Assembly (NCBI GenBank): GCA_035466655.1
Contig: DATIUS010000052.1
Span: 1-60,440, forward strand
Length of the DNA stretch: 60,440 nt
Direction of reading: 5' to 3'
Source: Candidatus Sulfomarinibacteraceae bacterium
Lineage (GTDB): Bacteria; Chloroflexota; Limnocylindria; Limnocylindrales; CSP1-4
Positions 1-8,489 of this stretch are shown piece after piece. Every line of letters starts with the position of its first letter. Position 1 is the first letter of the stretch. Position numbers and translations under genes: made by a program. A model generated the notes under the pieces. It did no database searches and had not been told where the DNA came from. It worked only from the letters and a program-made list of their open reading frames with translations.

Positions 1-100
1 AGGCCCGCGACCGCTCGTCGTTCGGATACGGGTTGCGGAAGATCGAACGCCAGACGGGGCTGCGGCGAATGGTGTTGTCCACCCGCTCGAGGAAACTCAC
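1..100 (-). CDS. 5-prime end of a CDS that runs off the window (hypothetical). The N-terminus VSFLERVDNTIRRSPVWRSIFRNPYPNDERSRA weakly resembles N-termini of cytochrome b-type membrane subunits.
   Basis: Not in the ORF track because it has no stop in the window. GTG at 100..98 overlaps the TGA stop (99..97) of the upstream gene as GTGA. The frame stays open to position 1 and third codon positions are G/C-rich. Confidence 0.5.
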   Translation of the reverse strand, partial: MSFLERVDNTIRRSPVWRSIFRNPYPNDERSRA

Positions 101-1932
101 CTGGATCCTCCTGCCACGCCGGCCGTACCGGCGAGCTGGGCATCACGGTACGACTCCTTGTAGAGCCGGCCGTCGCTCGAGACCTCCTGGAGCTCGAACC
201 GCTCCATCGTAATGGCGTCGAACGGGCATCGCTTGACGCACAGCGCGCAGCGGATGCAGCGCTCCTCGTCGAGGACCATCGCGGCGCCGTTCTCCCAGCC
301 GTACGCCTCCTCGACCTCGGGCAGGAGTCCCTCGCTCTTGAGCTGGTTGATGTCCACCATGTGGATGACGCCCTCCGGGCAGACGTCGGCGCAGGCGCCG
401 CACAGGACGCACCGGAACGGGTCGAACCAGATGTTGTAGTTGCACATCAGGCAGCGCGTGGACTCGGCGACGGCCGCCGTCGCGTCGTAGCCGAGCTCGA
501 CCGGGATGTTGAAGTTGACCTCCGGATCGGTCGACGACATCCGGTGCTGCTCCTGGGCCATCGGGATGTGCTGGCGCGGGAGGACGTCGTAGAACTCGGG
601 CATCTCGTGGCGCCAGGAGCTCGTGATCTTGACGTTGGTGCTGACGGTCACGTCGGCCCGGCCGGCGAGGTAGCGATCGATCGCGTAGGCGGCCTTCTTG
701 CCGTGGCCGGCGGCCTCGATCAGGGTCGTGGGGCCGGTCACGAAATCGCCGCAGGCGAAGACCCCGCGGACGTTCGTCGCGTAGGTGGCCGGATCGACCT
801 TGACCCGGCCGTGACTGACCTCGAAGGAGGACTCGACCCACAGGAAGGAGATGTCGGTCGCCTGGGAGACGGCGGGAATGACGGTCTGTGCCGGGATGAC
901 GAACTCGGAGCCCTCGATCGGGACCGGCGAGCGGCGGCCGGAGGCATCCGGGGCGCCGAGGCGGTTGCGGATGAACTTCACGCCGGCCACGTGCCCGTTC
1001 TCGCCGAGCACCTCGACCGGGCTGGCGAGGAACTCCATCCGGACGCCCTCACGCTCGGTTTCGCCGAGCTCCTCGTCGTCGACGACGAGCTCCGACCGGG
1101 TGCGCCGGTAGACGATCGAGACGCGCTCGGCGCCATGTCGCAGGCTCGTGCGCGAGCAGTCCATCGCGGTGTAGCCGCCGCCGATCACCACGACGTCGGT
1201 CCCGACGGTGAGCGGCTCGCCGAGGTTCGCGCGCTTCATGAAGTCGACGCCGTACTGGACGCCCTCGAGGTCCGACCCGGGGATGTCCAGCTCGATCGCG
1301 TTCATCGCCCCGGCCGTCAGCGCGATCGCGTCGTAGTCCCGCTGGAGCTGATCGAACGGGATGTCACGCCCGATGGTGGTGTTGTAGTGGAACCGCACGC
1401 CGAGCCGTTCGATGAGCCGGACGTCCATCTCGATGGCGGCCCTGGGCAGGCGGAAGGCCGGGACGCCGACGAGCATGAAGCCCCCGGCATAGGGCAGGCT
1501 GTCGAAGACGTCCACCTGGTAGCCCTTGACGGCCAGCTCGCGCGACACGGCGAGCCCGGCGGGGCCAGCTCCGACGACCGCGACCTTCTCCTGCCGCGGT
1601 GTGATGTGGGGCATGACGTCCGGGATCCCGGATGCCTCGTGCCACTCGACGAGGAAGCGCTTCATCGCCCGGATCGCGAGCGGCCGGTCGATGTCGCCGC
1701 GCCGGCAGGCGCGTTCGCACGGGGCCGAGCAGACGTAGGAGCACATCGCCGCGACGGGATTCGGCTCCCGCGACAGGATGTAGCCCTCCTCGAATCGGCC
1801 CTCGGCCGCGAGGTTCAGGTAGCCCCGGCAGTTGGTCCCGACCGGGCACGCCTCCTGGCACTCGATGTTGCACTGCAACCACGAGGCGTCGACGGGCTGG
1901 ACGAGGAACTCCTGGTGCGGATCGAGTGCCAA
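97..1932 (-). CDS. GltD-like NAD(P)H-dependent FeS flavoprotein (glutamate synthase small-subunit family) fused to a C-terminal 2x[4Fe-4S] ferredoxin domain
   Basis: N-terminal Cys cluster CQEACPVGTNC...CSAPCERAC. Two Rossmann motifs, VAVVGAGPAGLA and VVVIGGGYTAMD, plus ACGD. C-terminal CVLCGACADVCP and CIRCALCVKRCP. The track ORF extends to 2190, but homology starts near LALDPHQEF. TTG at 1932 is my best start guess and is uncertain. Confidence 0.85.
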   Translation of the reverse strand: MALDPHQEFLVQPVDASWLQCNIECQEACPVGTNCRGYLNLAAEGRFEEGYILSREPNPVAAMCSYVCSAPCERACRRGDIDRPLAIRAMKRFLVEWHEASGIPDVMPHITPRQEKVAVVGAGPAGLAVSRELAVKGYQVDVFDSLPYAGGFMLVGVPAFRLPRAAIEMDVRLIERLGVRFHYNTTIGRDIPFDQLQRDYDAIALTAGAMNAIELDIPGSDLEGVQYGVDFMKRANLGEPLTVGTDVVVIGGGYTAMDCSRTSLRHGAERVSIVYRRTRSELVVDDEELGETEREGVRMEFLASPVEVLGENGHVAGVKFIRNRLGAPDASGRRSPVPIEGSEFVIPAQTVIPAVSQATDISFLWVESSFEVSHGRVKVDPATYATNVRGVFACGDFVTGPTTLIEAAGHGKKAAYAIDRYLAGRADVTVSTNVKITSSWRHEMPEFYDVLPRQHIPMAQEQHRMSSTDPEVNFNIPVELGYDATAAVAESTRCLMCNYNIWFDPFRCVLCGACADVCPEGVIHMVDINQLKSEGLLPEVEEAYGWENGAAMVLDEERCIRCALCVKRCPFDAITMERFELQEVSSDGRLYKESYRDAQLAGTAGVAGGSR

Positions 1933-2159
1933 GACGCGGTGGTGCCTTTCTCGTCGTGGGCGCTGACCGGAGACGGGCGACAGGAGGATACCGGCGAGGT
2001 CGGCGGCCGGCGCCGGGAATCTACCATCCGCCGAAGCGCGCCTGCAAAACGAGGCCGGCGCGCGCACGCACACGATGGGTTGACGGGCTCCCCCGTCGCA
2101 GCTACGCTCCCGGCGGGACGGACGGTCGGAGGAGGATGCCCGACCGGGAAGGACGGAGG

Positions 2160-3356
2160 ATGACCGCGAGCGAGTTCGCCTTCCTGGCACTCGGTCTCGT
2201 GCTCGGCGTCGCCGGGGGTTCGGCGCTCGTCATGGCCCTCGGGAGCCACCGCCCGGCACGCGAGGTCAGGGTCACCGTCGGGCGCGATGCCGTGCCCCGT
2301 CGTGCGGCAACCCTGTCGTCGGACGCCTTCACGGCGCACGGCGAGCCGGCCCGCGGCGGACCCGCGGACCGGCGGCGCATGGACCGCGACATGCCCGCCA
2401 GCGACCCGCCACCGGTGCCGCACGGCTATCCCGGGATCCCGGTGATGGGCTCGGCGACCGAGGGTGCTGTTCCCGGGGCCCAACACGTCTCGGGGCCCCA
2501 GGTTCGAACGAGCGTTCCATTCAGCCTCCCGCGCGCGACCGGTCCGGACCCCGGAGCGGCGTCCGCCGTGGCAATCGACCCGGTCGCGCCGGAGCGGGAC
2601 CCGTCGCTCGACGCGCTGCGGGTCCAGGCGGTCCTGGCGGCCGAACGGGCGCAGCGAGCGGGGCTGCCGACGGCGATCGCCCTCCTCGAGAACCGGCCGG
2701 CCCCCGAACCCGGTCCGGCCGGGTCGCCCGCGACCGCGGCGGCGACAGACCCGTCGGCCGATCCATCGGCCGCCCCGGGCCACGCGCTCGAGGTCGACGG
2801 CACGCCGGCGATCCTGCGGATCCTGCGCGGCGACCAGCGCGCCCTCCTGCGCACGGTTGCGACGCTCGCAGCCGGGGACGACGCGATGCGACGGCCATGG
2901 CAGGCGGCGATCGCGGCCATCGCGGACGGCATCGTCGGGCGCGCCATCGTCCGGGGCGTCATCGACTTCCCGGTCGGCAACCCGTTCTGGGACACCTTCC
3001 CGACCAGCCAGTGCCGGACGATCGCGGCCGCCCTGGCGGCCATGGGGTTCCGGTTCGACGGCGTCGACGGCTGGGCGGAGGAGCGCGTTCCGGCCTACCG
3101 CGACCTCACGATCGCCGTGGCCGCGGCCGGTCTCGATCCACGACGCATCCGGGCATGGCCGACGCAGGAGGAGATCGCGGCCCTCTACCGGGAGGTGACG
3201 GTGGCAGCCGACGAGCTCGTGACCACCGACGCGCCCGACCTCGAGCTGGCCGCGGTCCAGGAGCTGGCCCGGACGCGCCTGGCCGAGGCCGAGCTCGCAT
3301 GGCGCCACTGGGAGATCGTCCGCCCGGTCCTCGACGGCCCGGTTCCGGCCGCCTGA
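2160..3356 (+). CDS. Hypothetical protein with an N-terminal membrane anchor and an Ala/Pro-rich linker
   Basis: ATG at 2160 is preceded by GGAAGGACGGAGGA. N-terminal TM segment FAFLALGLVLGVAGGSALVMAL. High GC3. The upstream part of track ORF 1632..3356 lies antisense to the GltD-like gene. Confidence 0.7.
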   Translation: MTASEFAFLALGLVLGVAGGSALVMALGSHRPAREVRVTVGRDAVPRRAATLSSDAFTAHGEPARGGPADRRRMDRDMPASDPPPVPHGYPGIPVMGSATEGAVPGAQHVSGPQVRTSVPFSLPRATGPDPGAASAVAIDPVAPERDPSLDALRVQAVLAAERAQRAGLPTAIALLENRPAPEPGPAGSPATAAATDPSADPSAAPGHALEVDGTPAILRILRGDQRALLRTVATLAAGDDAMRRPWQAAIAAIADGIVGRAIVRGVIDFPVGNPFWDTFPTSQCRTIAAALAAMGFRFDGVDGWAEERVPAYRDLTIAVAAAGLDPRRIRAWPTQEEIAALYREVTVAADELVTTDAPDLELAAVQELARTRLAEAELAWRHWEIVRPVLDGPVPAA

Positions 3357-3365
3357 CCTTCCCGG

Positions 3366-4160
3366 CTACTCCTTCGTTTCGGTGTGCATCGCCGCCGAAT
3401 CCGGGCCCTCGTCCTCGTCCTCGTCGATCACGATCAGCCGGAACGCCTCCGCGGCCGCGACGCCGATCGGCTCGCCCTCCGTCCTGGCCCAGTCGTGGAT
3501 CCGCTCGGCGAGCTGGTCCGGGTGGCGGATCTGGCTCGCGTGGGCCCGCAGCCCGTCGATCTTCCGCTCGATCGTGGCGCTGACGTCGATCCGGACCGTC
3601 GCGTGATTGGGCCAGAAGAGGTAGAGCCGGCGGACGCTGTGGGCCGCAAGGCCGGCACGCGCCAGCCACGGGAAGGACATCGGGTTGCGGGCAGCAGGGT
3701 AGACGGCATCCACCGCTGCCATTCCCGCAGCGCGGTGGTCGGCGTGGTTGATCCCGCCGTCACCGTAGAAGAGCACCTCGGGATCCGTGGCGAGGACGGC
3801 GTCCGGCCGGAAGGTCCGGATCTCGCGGACCAGGAGCTCGCGGAGGGCGAGATCGTTCGCGAGCGCTCCATCCGGCTGGTGGAGGAAGCTGACGCCGGCG
3901 TAGCCGACGATCGCCGCGGCTGCGCGCTGCTCGGCCTCCCGTCGCGCGGCGAGCGCCAGCGGGTCCGCGTCCGGATCGTCGCCCCCCGCGTCGCCGCTCG
4001 TGCAGCAGACGAGCCAGCCCGTGGAGCCGGCGTCGATCCAGCGTGCCGCGGTGGCCGCCGGCCCGAAATCCGCGTCGTCGGGGTGCGCGGCGATGACCAT
4101 GAACCGCGCCGGCCGCCATTCGTGCGGTGCGGATCCGCCGCTCGCGGATGCCGACGTCAT
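3366..4160 (-). CDS. PIG-L/LmbE family N-acetylglucosaminyl deacetylase
   Basis: Motifs VIAAHPDDADFG, HADH and CCTSGDAG are typical of the LmbE/MshB/Mca fold. The start ATG at 4160 overlaps the upstream stop as ATGA. Confidence 0.85.
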   Translation of the reverse strand: MTSASASGGSAPHEWRPARFMVIAAHPDDADFGPAATAARWIDAGSTGWLVCCTSGDAGGDDPDADPLALAARREAEQRAAAAIVGYAGVSFLHQPDGALANDLALRELLVREIRTFRPDAVLATDPEVLFYGDGGINHADHRAAGMAAVDAVYPAARNPMSFPWLARAGLAAHSVRRLYLFWPNHATVRIDVSATIERKIDGLRAHASQIRHPDQLAERIHDWARTEGEPIGVAAAEAFRLIVIDEDEDEGPDSAAMHTETKE

Positions 4161-4678
4161 CCTTCGGGCTCCGGCGCACCCGTCGGCTCCGCACCAGCCG
4201 AGCGCTCCGCCACGAGCGCTCGCAGCTCGGCCAGCACCTCGGCCGCGTGGCCCTCCGCCTTCACCTTCGGCCACGAACGGGCAATCCGTCCGTCCGGGTC
4301 GACGAGGAAGCTCGAGCGTTGGATCCCCATGGACGACGTCCCGTAGAGCGTCTTGAGCTGCCAGGCGCCATACCGCTCCGCGACGACGTGACCCTCGTCC
4401 GAGAGGAGCGTGAACGGCAGGCCGAACTTCTCGCGGAAGCGTCGGTGGCTCGCTGCGCCGTCAGGGCTGATGCCCCAGACGTCCGCCCCCTCGGCGCGGA
4501 TCGCCGGGTCCGCGTCGCGGAACTGGCACGACTCGATCGTGCAGCCGGGGGTGTCGTCCTTCGGGTAGAAGTAGACGATCGTCCAGCGGCCCCGCCGGTC
4601 GGCGAGCCGGTGGATCGTGCCCGTGTCGTCGGGGAGGGCGATCTCGGGGGCGAGGTCGCCGGGACCGGGTGCGCTCAT
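4157..4678 (-). CDS. bcp: Thioredoxin-dependent thiol peroxidase (peroxiredoxin Bcp)
   Basis: Motif FYPKDDTPGCTIESC, with peroxidatic and resolving Cys spaced as in Bcp/PrxQ. ATGA overlaps at both ends. Confidence 0.9.
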   Translation of the reverse strand: MSAPGPGDLAPEIALPDDTGTIHRLADRRGRWTIVYFYPKDDTPGCTIESCQFRDADPAIRAEGADVWGISPDGAASHRRFREKFGLPFTLLSDEGHVVAERYGAWQLKTLYGTSSMGIQRSSFLVDPDGRIARSWPKVKAEGHAAEVLAELRALVAERSAGAEPTGAPEPEG

Positions 4679-5367
4679 TCCGCGAGGGTAGCAGGGGCCT
4701 CGATGACGAGGATCCGCCCCTGGCGGACGCTGACCCAGGCCGCGGCCGCAGTCCGGACGTTGGACAGGCCGCGCGCCGGGCCGGCCGGCAGCGCCTCGTC
4801 GTGGAGCGGGAAGCGGAGGCCGGCGGTCGTGACCCCGGTTGCGCCCTCGACGGTGATGAGCGAGACGAGGTCGCCGACGCGACCCGGGAGGCCCAGGCGG
4901 GCCGGCCGGCCGTCCGGACCGGGCCCCGTGAGCAGGCGGACGCGAGCCCGGTCGTCGAGCAGGCGGACCGCGAGCCGGGCCGCCGCCGGGTGGGCCAGCA
5001 GGCCGAGGTTGGCGAGCTCGTGGTCAAGCCGCGGCCCGCCGAGCGCGCCGAGGATCGTGACCTCGCCCGCGCCGGCCCGGATCGCCGCGAGGAGGGCGAG
5101 CTCGGCGTCCGATTCGTCCTTGTCGGCGGGGGCGTGGGTGATCGGAACGCCGGCCCGCCGAAGCTCCTCGAGCTCGGCGGCGCCCAGGGAGTCGCCGTCT
5201 CCGACCCACGCGTCCACGCGCAACCCGAGCCGGCTCGCCAGGCGGGCCCCGCCATCGGCCGCGACGACGAGGTCGACGCCGTCGGCCCAGCCCGGCCAGG
5301 CGGCATCGAGGCCCGCGCGCGTGGGGGCGCCGCCGTCGGCCAGGATGATCGCCCGACGCGCCGTCAT
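4675..5367 (-). CDS. thiN: Thiamine pyrophosphokinase
   Basis: Motifs ADGGA, VGDGDS, ADKDESDAELAL and ILGALGGRLDH-like (ILGALGGPRLDHELAN). The C-terminal half resembles a thiamine-binding domain. The internal start at 5367 was chosen from homology and the ATGA overlap. Confidence 0.85.
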   Translation of the reverse strand: MTARRAIILADGGAPTRAGLDAAWPGWADGVDLVVAADGGARLASRLGLRVDAWVGDGDSLGAAELEELRRAGVPITHAPADKDESDAELALLAAIRAGAGEVTILGALGGPRLDHELANLGLLAHPAAARLAVRLLDDRARVRLLTGPGPDGRPARLGLPGRVGDLVSLITVEGATGVTTAGLRFPLHDEALPAGPARGLSNVRTAAAAWVSVRQGRILVIEAPATLAE

Positions 5368-6008
5368 TGCCCGTCGAGGAAGCCGTCCACCCAGCCGGCG
5401 ACCGACTCCGCGACCTCGGAGGCCCCGGCCGCGACCAGGTCCGCCCGATCGCCGAGGACCGACAGGATCCCGACCCCGAGCGCGCCGACGGCGCGGGCCA
5501 TCCGCATGTCGTCGAGAGCGTCGCCGACGTAGGCCGTCCGCTCCGGCACGGCCTCGAGGCCAAGCTCCGCGAGCGCCTTCCGGAGCGGCGCCGGATGCGG
5601 CTTCATCACCGGCAGGTCGCCGGCGCAGACCCGCACCGGGAGGTATCGCCCGAGCCCGGTCGAGACGAGCTGGGACTCCACGACGCCTCGTTCCCCGGCC
5701 GTCACGAGCCCCATCGAGAGGCCCGCGGCGGCGAGGCGCTCGAGCGCCTCGAGGGCGCCGTCGGTGACCTGGACCGTGCCGATGAGCCGCCGGTACGCAT
5801 CCAACCACCTGCCGGCCGCCTCGTCGATCTGCCCCGCCGGGACGCCGAGGCGCGCGTACATCAGCTGCCAATCCGGCGAGTACGCCTGGCGATAGGCGTC
5901 GAAGTCGAACGGGATGCCGTACGACGCGAGCACCTCGGCGTTGGCGAGGTTGATGGCGGGCAGCGAATCGACGAGCGTGCCGTCCCAGTCGAAGACGATG
6001 GCATCCAC
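5364..6008 (-). CDS. HAD-superfamily hydrolase (phosphoglycolate phosphatase-like, subfamily IA)
   Basis: Motif I DWDGTLVDS, motif II TAGER region, motif III/IV K...VGDALDD. Confidence 0.85.
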   Translation of the reverse strand: MDAIVFDWDGTLVDSLPAINLANAEVLASYGIPFDFDAYRQAYSPDWQLMYARLGVPAGQIDEAAGRWLDAYRRLIGTVQVTDGALEALERLAAAGLSMGLVTAGERGVVESQLVSTGLGRYLPVRVCAGDLPVMKPHPAPLRKALAELGLEAVPERTAYVGDALDDMRMARAVGALGVGILSVLGDRADLVAAGASEVAESVAGWVDGFLDGQ

Positions 6009-6087
6009 GTTGCCGATGCTATCGCCCCCCGGGCCCGGGCACCAAAGCCGGGTGGGCCCAGCCGGACCGGATGCTAGACTCGGGCTC

Positions 6088-6618
6088 GTGCCACCCTCGC
6101 TTGATCACCCCGCGGTTCGGCGCGTCCTCGAGGCCGCCCGGCGAAAGGGCGTCGAGCTCGAAGTGACCGTCTTTCCCGAGTCGACGCACACGGCCGAGGA
6201 AGCCGCCCGGGCCGTCGGCGCGGAGCTCGGCCAGATCGTCAAGTCCCTCGTCTTCGTCGCCACGGCCGAGGAGGACGGGCTCGAGCCGATCCTGTGCCTC
6301 GTGTCCGGCCCCAACCGCGTCGATCTCGCGCGGCTGGCGGCCGTGCTCGGGCGCTCGGACGTGCGCCGAGCGACCGCGAAGGAGGCGAACGAGCTGACCG
6401 GGTTCGTCATCGGCGGGATCCCACCCGTCGGTCACGCACGGCGCGTTCGCGTGGTGATGGACCCGGACCTCGGGCGCTTTCCGGTCGTCTGGGCGGCCGC
6501 CGGGCTGTCGACCGCGGTCTTCCCGGTGGCGCCGGGCGTCCTCCGGATGCTCGCCGACGCCACCGTCGCCCCGATCGCCGAGGAGCGCCGCCGAGCGGAC
6601 CTCCAGGCGGCGACATGA
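6088..6618 (+). CDS. YbaK/EbsC-type aminoacyl-tRNA trans-editing deacylase domain protein
   Basis: KSLVF, ILCLVSGPNRVDL and TGFVIGGIPPVGH are typical of the YbaK/ProX family. GTG at 6088 was chosen because homology starts there. The track ORF starts at 5914. Confidence 0.8.
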   Translation: MPPSLDHPAVRRVLEAARRKGVELEVTVFPESTHTAEEAARAVGAELGQIVKSLVFVATAEEDGLEPILCLVSGPNRVDLARLAAVLGRSDVRRATAKEANELTGFVIGGIPPVGHARRVRVVMDPDLGRFPVVWAAAGLSTAVFPVAPGVLRMLADATVAPIAEERRRADLQAAT

Positions 6619-6721
6619 GCCCGCGGCCCGGCCCGACACGCCGTCGTCGCGCCGCCGTGCCGTCCGAACGGGAGCCCACGAAACGCCGCCCCGTGGGAGC
6701 CGCGCGCCCGGACCCCGTGCC

Positions 6722-7294
6722 TTGAGCGCCGATCCCCGCGACGCGACCGTGACCTATCCCGGCGGGTTCCGGGCGCGCTGGCGATGGGGCGGGAGCGGTC
6801 AGGCGGCAGCGGTCTTCGCCCTGTCCGAAGCCGGCGGAACGCTGGCGGACCACGGCTCGCTCGTGGCCGACGATCCGGATGCGCGCTGCCGAGCGGAGCT
6901 TCGCGTGGATGGCCCCTCCGGCGCCTGGTCGGCACGGTTCGCCTCGACGCTCCACGACGAGCCGGCGGCGGTCTACTGGGACACCACCGGGTTGCTCGTC
7001 GTGAAGTACGGGTTTCATGCCTACGGCCTCGACGCGCGCGGCGGCGAGCTGCGCTGGAACCTCAGGTCGGCAACGCCGATCCTGGCGGTCCTCGGTTCGC
7101 CCCGGCTTCGTCACGTGCTCGTCCAGAGCGAACTCGAGACGTTCGCGCTGGAGGCCGACGGCTCCGTCGCCTGGCGGATCGCCCACAGCGACGTCGTGAC
7201 CGGGGCCGAGCTCGTCGGCGGCCGGCTGGTCCTGACGAGCTACGGGGGCCAGCACAACGCCCTCGATCCCGGGACCGGGCTCCCGGCAGCCTGA
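6722..7294 (+). CDS. Hypothetical protein with PQQ-like/BamB-like beta-propeller repeats
   Basis: Repeated G-x-L-x-W blade-like motifs (GGELRWNL, DGSVAWRI). High GC3. TTG start. Confidence 0.55.
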   Translation: MSADPRDATVTYPGGFRARWRWGGSGQAAAVFALSEAGGTLADHGSLVADDPDARCRAELRVDGPSGAWSARFASTLHDEPAAVYWDTTGLLVVKYGFHAYGLDARGGELRWNLRSATPILAVLGSPRLRHVLVQSELETFALEADGSVAWRIAHSDVVTGAELVGGRLVLTSYGGQHNALDPGTGLPAA

Positions 7295-7500
7295 CGCCCG
7301 GGGGGCCTCGCGGGCCCGGTCCCCGGTGTGGACGCCGGGTGGATAACCGCGCCGGATTCCGGGAACTTGGTGGACAGCGGCGGTTGACGCCGCCGTCGAC
7401 CCGGCCGTAGCGTTGTCACCAGCCCGGAGGGGCTGAGCGACACTAACGGCGGCGATCGCATCAACGCCCACGTGTCGGGTAGGTTCCTCCGGGCCTTTCC

Positions 7501-8478
7501 ATGTCCTCGGCCGGAGAGGCGCGGCCCTGCCCGCATGGTTGCGCCGGACCTCCCGTGCGATCATTCGCGCCCGTGGACGCCCTCCTTTCGATCCTTGCCG
7601 GCCTCGTCGCGCTCGGTGCAGCGACGATGGCGGTTCGTTCGCCGGGACCGCGCGGCCGCGTGGCACGGCTCCTGGCGTCGGCGCCGAGGGTCACGATCAC
7701 CGAGGCCGTGGCGCTGGCGAAGGGCGGGCGGGCCGTCTATGTCCGGCTGGCCGGCCGGATCGACAGCGAGGCGGAGTTCGAGGACGCCGACCACCGGCCG
7801 CTCGTGCTGCGGCGGACCCGCATCCAGGTGCTCCGCGACGGCCGCTGGGCCGATGTCGAGACCGCGTCGGAGATCGTGCCCTTCGAGCTCCGCGAGGGCC
7901 TCGACGGCATCGCCATCGACGGTGCGGCCCTCGGCGAGGGACTCGTCGTCGTGCCGCGCGAGAGCCTCGGCGTCGCGGCCGACCTCGGCGATCGCGTCGC
8001 CGACGACGTCCCGGACGACCTGCCGGCCCGGTTCGTCGTCGAGCATGTCTCGAGCGTGGAGCACGCGATCGCCCTCGGCGTCCCGACGCTCGATCCCGAG
8101 GGACGGCCCCGCCTGGGCCCCGGCCTCGGACGGCCGCTCATCCTGAGCACCCTGGAGCCCGCCGAGGCGATGCGAATCCTGGCGGGCCGCTCCCCGACCC
8201 GGACCCGGCTGGCGGCCGGGCTGCTCCTGGTGGCGGGGATCCTGCTGCTCCTCGGGATCCTCCTGCTCGTGGTCCCGGGTGATGCGCTGGCCGCGTCCCC
8301 CTCCCCGACCGCCATGACCGGCTCGGACACGCGGAGTCCGGGCGAGGGCCCCGGGTTCGTCGGCGCCATCGGCCCGGCGCTCCTCGGCGTCGCGGCGATC
8401 GCCGTCGTCACGATCGTCGCGACGCTCGCCTTCGTGCGCCTGACGGGCGGGAAGGCCGGTCGCTCGCGGGACCCCTGA
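7501..8478 (+). CDS. Membrane protein, possibly GIDE-domain-like (one N-terminal TM, a soluble middle, two C-terminal TMs)
   Basis: TM segments LLSILAGLVALGAATMAV, LAAGLLLVAGILLLLGILLLVV and LLGVAAIAVVTIVATLAFV. High GC3. Start uncertain. Confidence 0.65.
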   Translation: MSSAGEARPCPHGCAGPPVRSFAPVDALLSILAGLVALGAATMAVRSPGPRGRVARLLASAPRVTITEAVALAKGGRAVYVRLAGRIDSEAEFEDADHRPLVLRRTRIQVLRDGRWADVETASEIVPFELREGLDGIAIDGAALGEGLVVVPRESLGVAADLGDRVADDVPDDLPARFVVEHVSSVEHAIALGVPTLDPEGRPRLGPGLGRPLILSTLEPAEAMRILAGRSPTRTRLAAGLLLVAGILLLLGILLLVVPGDALAASPSPTAMTGSDTRSPGEGPGFVGAIGPALLGVAAIAVVTIVATLAFVRLTGGKAGRSRDP

Positions 8479-8489
8479 CCTTCGGCCTA

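Noticed and set aside
361-2163. 600-aa + strand ORF, one of many very long ORFs in the track. Others include 8487..11678 (-), 10544..12670 (-), 25856..28075 (+), 40817..42481 (-), 48043..50460 (-), 52409..53905 (+) and 54939..56375 (-).
   Set aside because: They lie antisense to, or out of frame with, genes that have clear family motifs. Their translations are Arg/Pro/Gly/Asp-rich with no recognisable domains. Long stop-free antisense frames are expected at about 70% GC. One of them spans three separate well-supported genes.
6615-6725. Short ATG ORF (MSPRPGPTRRRRAAVPSEREPTKRRP...) overlapping the YbaK-like gene's stop
   Set aside because: Highly basic, low-complexity translation. It belongs to an out-of-frame ORF (6294..6725) that overlaps the YbaK gene. 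There is no RBS or domain evidence.
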